From Eledone cirrhosa (lineage: Eukaryota): a DNA stretch of 64,000 nucleotides. The stretch covers positions 333,250,001 through 333,314,000 of the forward strand of contig OZ024741.1 in the NCBI GenBank assembly GCA_964016885.1, given 5' to 3'. Position 1 is the stretch's first letter. Every line of letters starts with the position of its first letter. The notes under the pieces are model-generated. The model made no database searches. It saw only the letters and a list, made by a program, of their open reading frames with translations, and was not told the origin of the DNA. Of this stretch, positions 61,600-64,000 are shown in pieces. The translations under genes and the position numbers were made by a program.

Positions 61600-62168
61600 A
61601 TCCATGTACGAGAACCCATACCGATGCGCTGAACGAGTGTGACTTTTTATTCCAGCCAGCGACTTGAAAACTCTGGTACAAACACTACACTTGTGACAAT
61701 TATTGACACATAGTGCTGGGCCCATGGTACCATGTGACGACAAGTGCAGAGAGATCTCCAGATATAAAGCAATGCCTGTGCCGTGAAGCTTTTATAGTGA
61801 GCAAAGGCACTGCACAAAGCCAGTCCCACTCTCTTAACCAAGATGATATTTACCAAAAAGAAGAACAAGTCAACATCATTGGATACCATCAGGGTTGCAG
61901 GTGTTATATCAGAGTTTTCCTTCTCTTAGAATTCTGCCTTGACAAAGGTTAAGGGGTCATCTCTCCCGGTGATTTTGGATGGCCATTGACTCTTAACAGC
62001 ACCTTTGCCCTTTGACAGGTTTTGTTTTTAGTCCTGCAGGATGTCCAAAGTCACCCTCCTCACCAAGAAACCTTGGTGGGGTTGCCAGTTTTGTCGCCAA
62101 CCACCAGACCATGAAACAGGTTGTACTGGGATACATGTTACCAGTAGCACCAACTGGTGACCTGACAT
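61600..62168 (-). mobile_element. Second copy of the RTE-like non-autonomous element
   Basis: [23 protein letters not shown]2H2 remnant; homologous to 56584-57053. Confidence 0.7.
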
Positions 62169-62304
62169 AATATATATATGTATACACATATATATACATA
62201 TATACATACACATACATATACACATATACACACATATATATATATATACATATATATATATACATACACACACATACATACATATATACATACATATACA
62301 CACA

Positions 62305-62403
<99 letters not shown>

Positions 62404-62452
62404 ATAATAATAGTAATAATATATATATAATAATATATATATATATATATAT

Positions 62453-62493
62453 AGTAATAATAATAAATTTGAAGACTAAAATCTGTTATTTTA

Positions 62494-62500
<7 letters not shown>
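62453..62500. mobile_element. 48-bp two-ended relic of the 12860 PLE family
   Basis: GTAATAATAATAAATTTGAAGACTAAAATC (= 12860-12889) fused to the reverse complement of 12946-12967. Confidence 0.75.
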
Positions 62501-62568
<68 letters not shown>

Positions 62569-62601
62569 CATACATACATACATATATATCTATATATATA
62601 T

Positions 62602-63070
62602 AAACGGAAAAAATGAAACGAAATTTCATTTCTCACTCTTAGTACGGCTGTTACTTACATATAAGTATGTATACGTACATACATATATGTATACAAACGT
62701 ACAGTAGTATGTATACATATATACATACATGCACACATATATATGTACGTATGGATGCACCGAACATTTATGATAATGCTCGGTGTGTTTGTAAACAAAC
62801 ATCCCGAATTAAGCCGTACAGTGTCTAGCAACCATCGTTGCTCATTTGTTCAACACTGACAAAGGAACGCTGTACTAGTTTCAAGCTTATTAGCTATCGT
62901 CAGCAACGTATACCTTCCTGCCAGATGGTTGAACGTCTGAAACACACCGAGCATTATAATAAATGTTCGGTGAATCCATACGTACATATATATATGTGTG
63001 CATCTATGTATATATACATATATACTACTGTACGTCTGTATACATATATGTATGTACGTATACATACTTA
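62602..63070. mobile_element. Family 3 element copy D (fold-back)
   Basis: Minus arm with tail 62602-62941; plus arm 62941-63070 ending CATACTTA. Confidence 0.88.
62867..62909 (-). ncRNA. Hammerhead ribozyme, family 3
   Basis: ACGUUG CUGACGA U AGCU AAUA AGCU U GAAA CUAG UA CAGCGU. Confidence 0.87.
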
Positions 63071-63076
63071 TATATG

Positions 63077-63167
<91 letters not shown>

Positions 63168-63173
<6 letters not shown>

Positions 63174-64000
63174 ATAAACGTGCTGCGGAGTTGCAAATGG
63201 GTTACATATGAATAAAGTGGTCCTTCATCAGTGATCTTCCAACCATCATCGGTATTACTTCGCTTTAAAGACCATATACCTCCGGTTGGTGCGAGCAACG
63301 GCCAAAGAAAGTCGTTGGGACATGTAAATAAAGGGAACAGCGAGAGTGTAAACAAACAAAGAAGGTGAAGCAACGAACAGTGAGGAAGAACGAGTCAAGT
63401 CCCAAATTTCCATGAATATAAGTTCGGTGAAATCGTGAACGAGAGAGACTAAAGACCATCAAACTTGGTTGAAATGTGAGCAAGGAAGGAATTTCGCAAA
63501 GGTCTAACGGGAGGAAGAAGAAATCTAGTCTGTGAATTCGGTAAACATAAGTTCTGTGAAATCGTAGACGAGAGAGAGAAAAAAATGCCAACCGGCCTGG
63601 CCAAGCGTGCGAAAGAAAAGAATTACGCACTCTTCTTCACCCTTCACTCACTCACTCTCTGTTACTACCTCTCCTCCTCCTCCTTCTTCCCGTTTGACCT
63701 GTGCGTAATTCTTTTCTTTCGCACGCTTGGCCAGGCCGGTTGGCATTTTTTTCTCTCTTTTGTCTACGATTTCACAAACTTATGTTTACCGAATTCACGG
63801 ACTAGACCTCTTCTTCCTCCCGTTAGACCTGTGCGAAATTCCTTCCTTGCTCACATTTCAACCAGGTTTGATGGTCTTTATTCTCTCTCGTTCACGATTT
63901 CACCGAACTTATATTCATGGAAATTTGGGACTTGACTCGTTCTGCCTCACTTTTCGTTGCTTCACCATCTTTGTTTGTTTACACTCTCGCTGTTCCCTTT
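63168..64000. mobile_element. Family 6 fold-back element (runs off the window)
   Basis: 63331-63630 is the reverse complement of 63701-64000, with a 70-bp pyrimidine-rich spacer. Confidence 0.85.

Larger units (their letters stand above)
58169..61600 (-). mobile_element. Penelope-like retroelement (Hydra-clade-like), frameshifted RT + GIY-YIG, 1.1-kb 3' region
   Basis: NLKDHKSNF..VRLIAPSKSDLG, FDITLGTSDS, GIYRDDAL, FLDISLNL, IWYNAPFS, YFGST..FKARFYNHKSSF..TALSELIW..CNLCLAEK. Confidence 0.9.

Noticed and set aside
61390-61743. Apparent C2H2 zinc finger fused to a Penelope RT as a new protein
   Set aside because: The finger belongs to a separate repeat whose other copy (56584) continues differently. 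The in-frame join at about 61600 is an element junction, and upstream frames have stops.

Overview
AT-rich metazoan intergenic/intronic DNA. The repeat landscape looks like a cephalopod such as Octopus; this is inference from the SINEs, RTE tails and very long (TA)n tracts, not a database match. No intact host gene is visible, and most listed ORFs are (TA)n/(CA)n/(CCA)n translation artefacts. Real coding content is all retroelement: three R4/Dong-type RLE LINE pieces in (TAA)n, several RTE pieces, two decayed Penelope-like elements (PLEs) with RT + GIY-YIG, and a GIY-YIG PLE end inside a 2-kb palindrome. Also present are a non-autonomous Helitron, mariner-type MITEs, tRNA-SINEs, minisatellites and a 200-N gap flanked by a probable false duplication. 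The main hidden signal is about 19 hammerhead ribozyme (HHR) motifs from about 9 sequence families, all folded by eye. Most sit in fold-back insertions in (TA)n with a shared asymmetry: one arm ends at a fixed short terminus, the other at the same terminus plus a 40-135 nt tail. One family is an ORF-less 430-470 nt tandem monomer resembling a retrozyme or mini-PLE.
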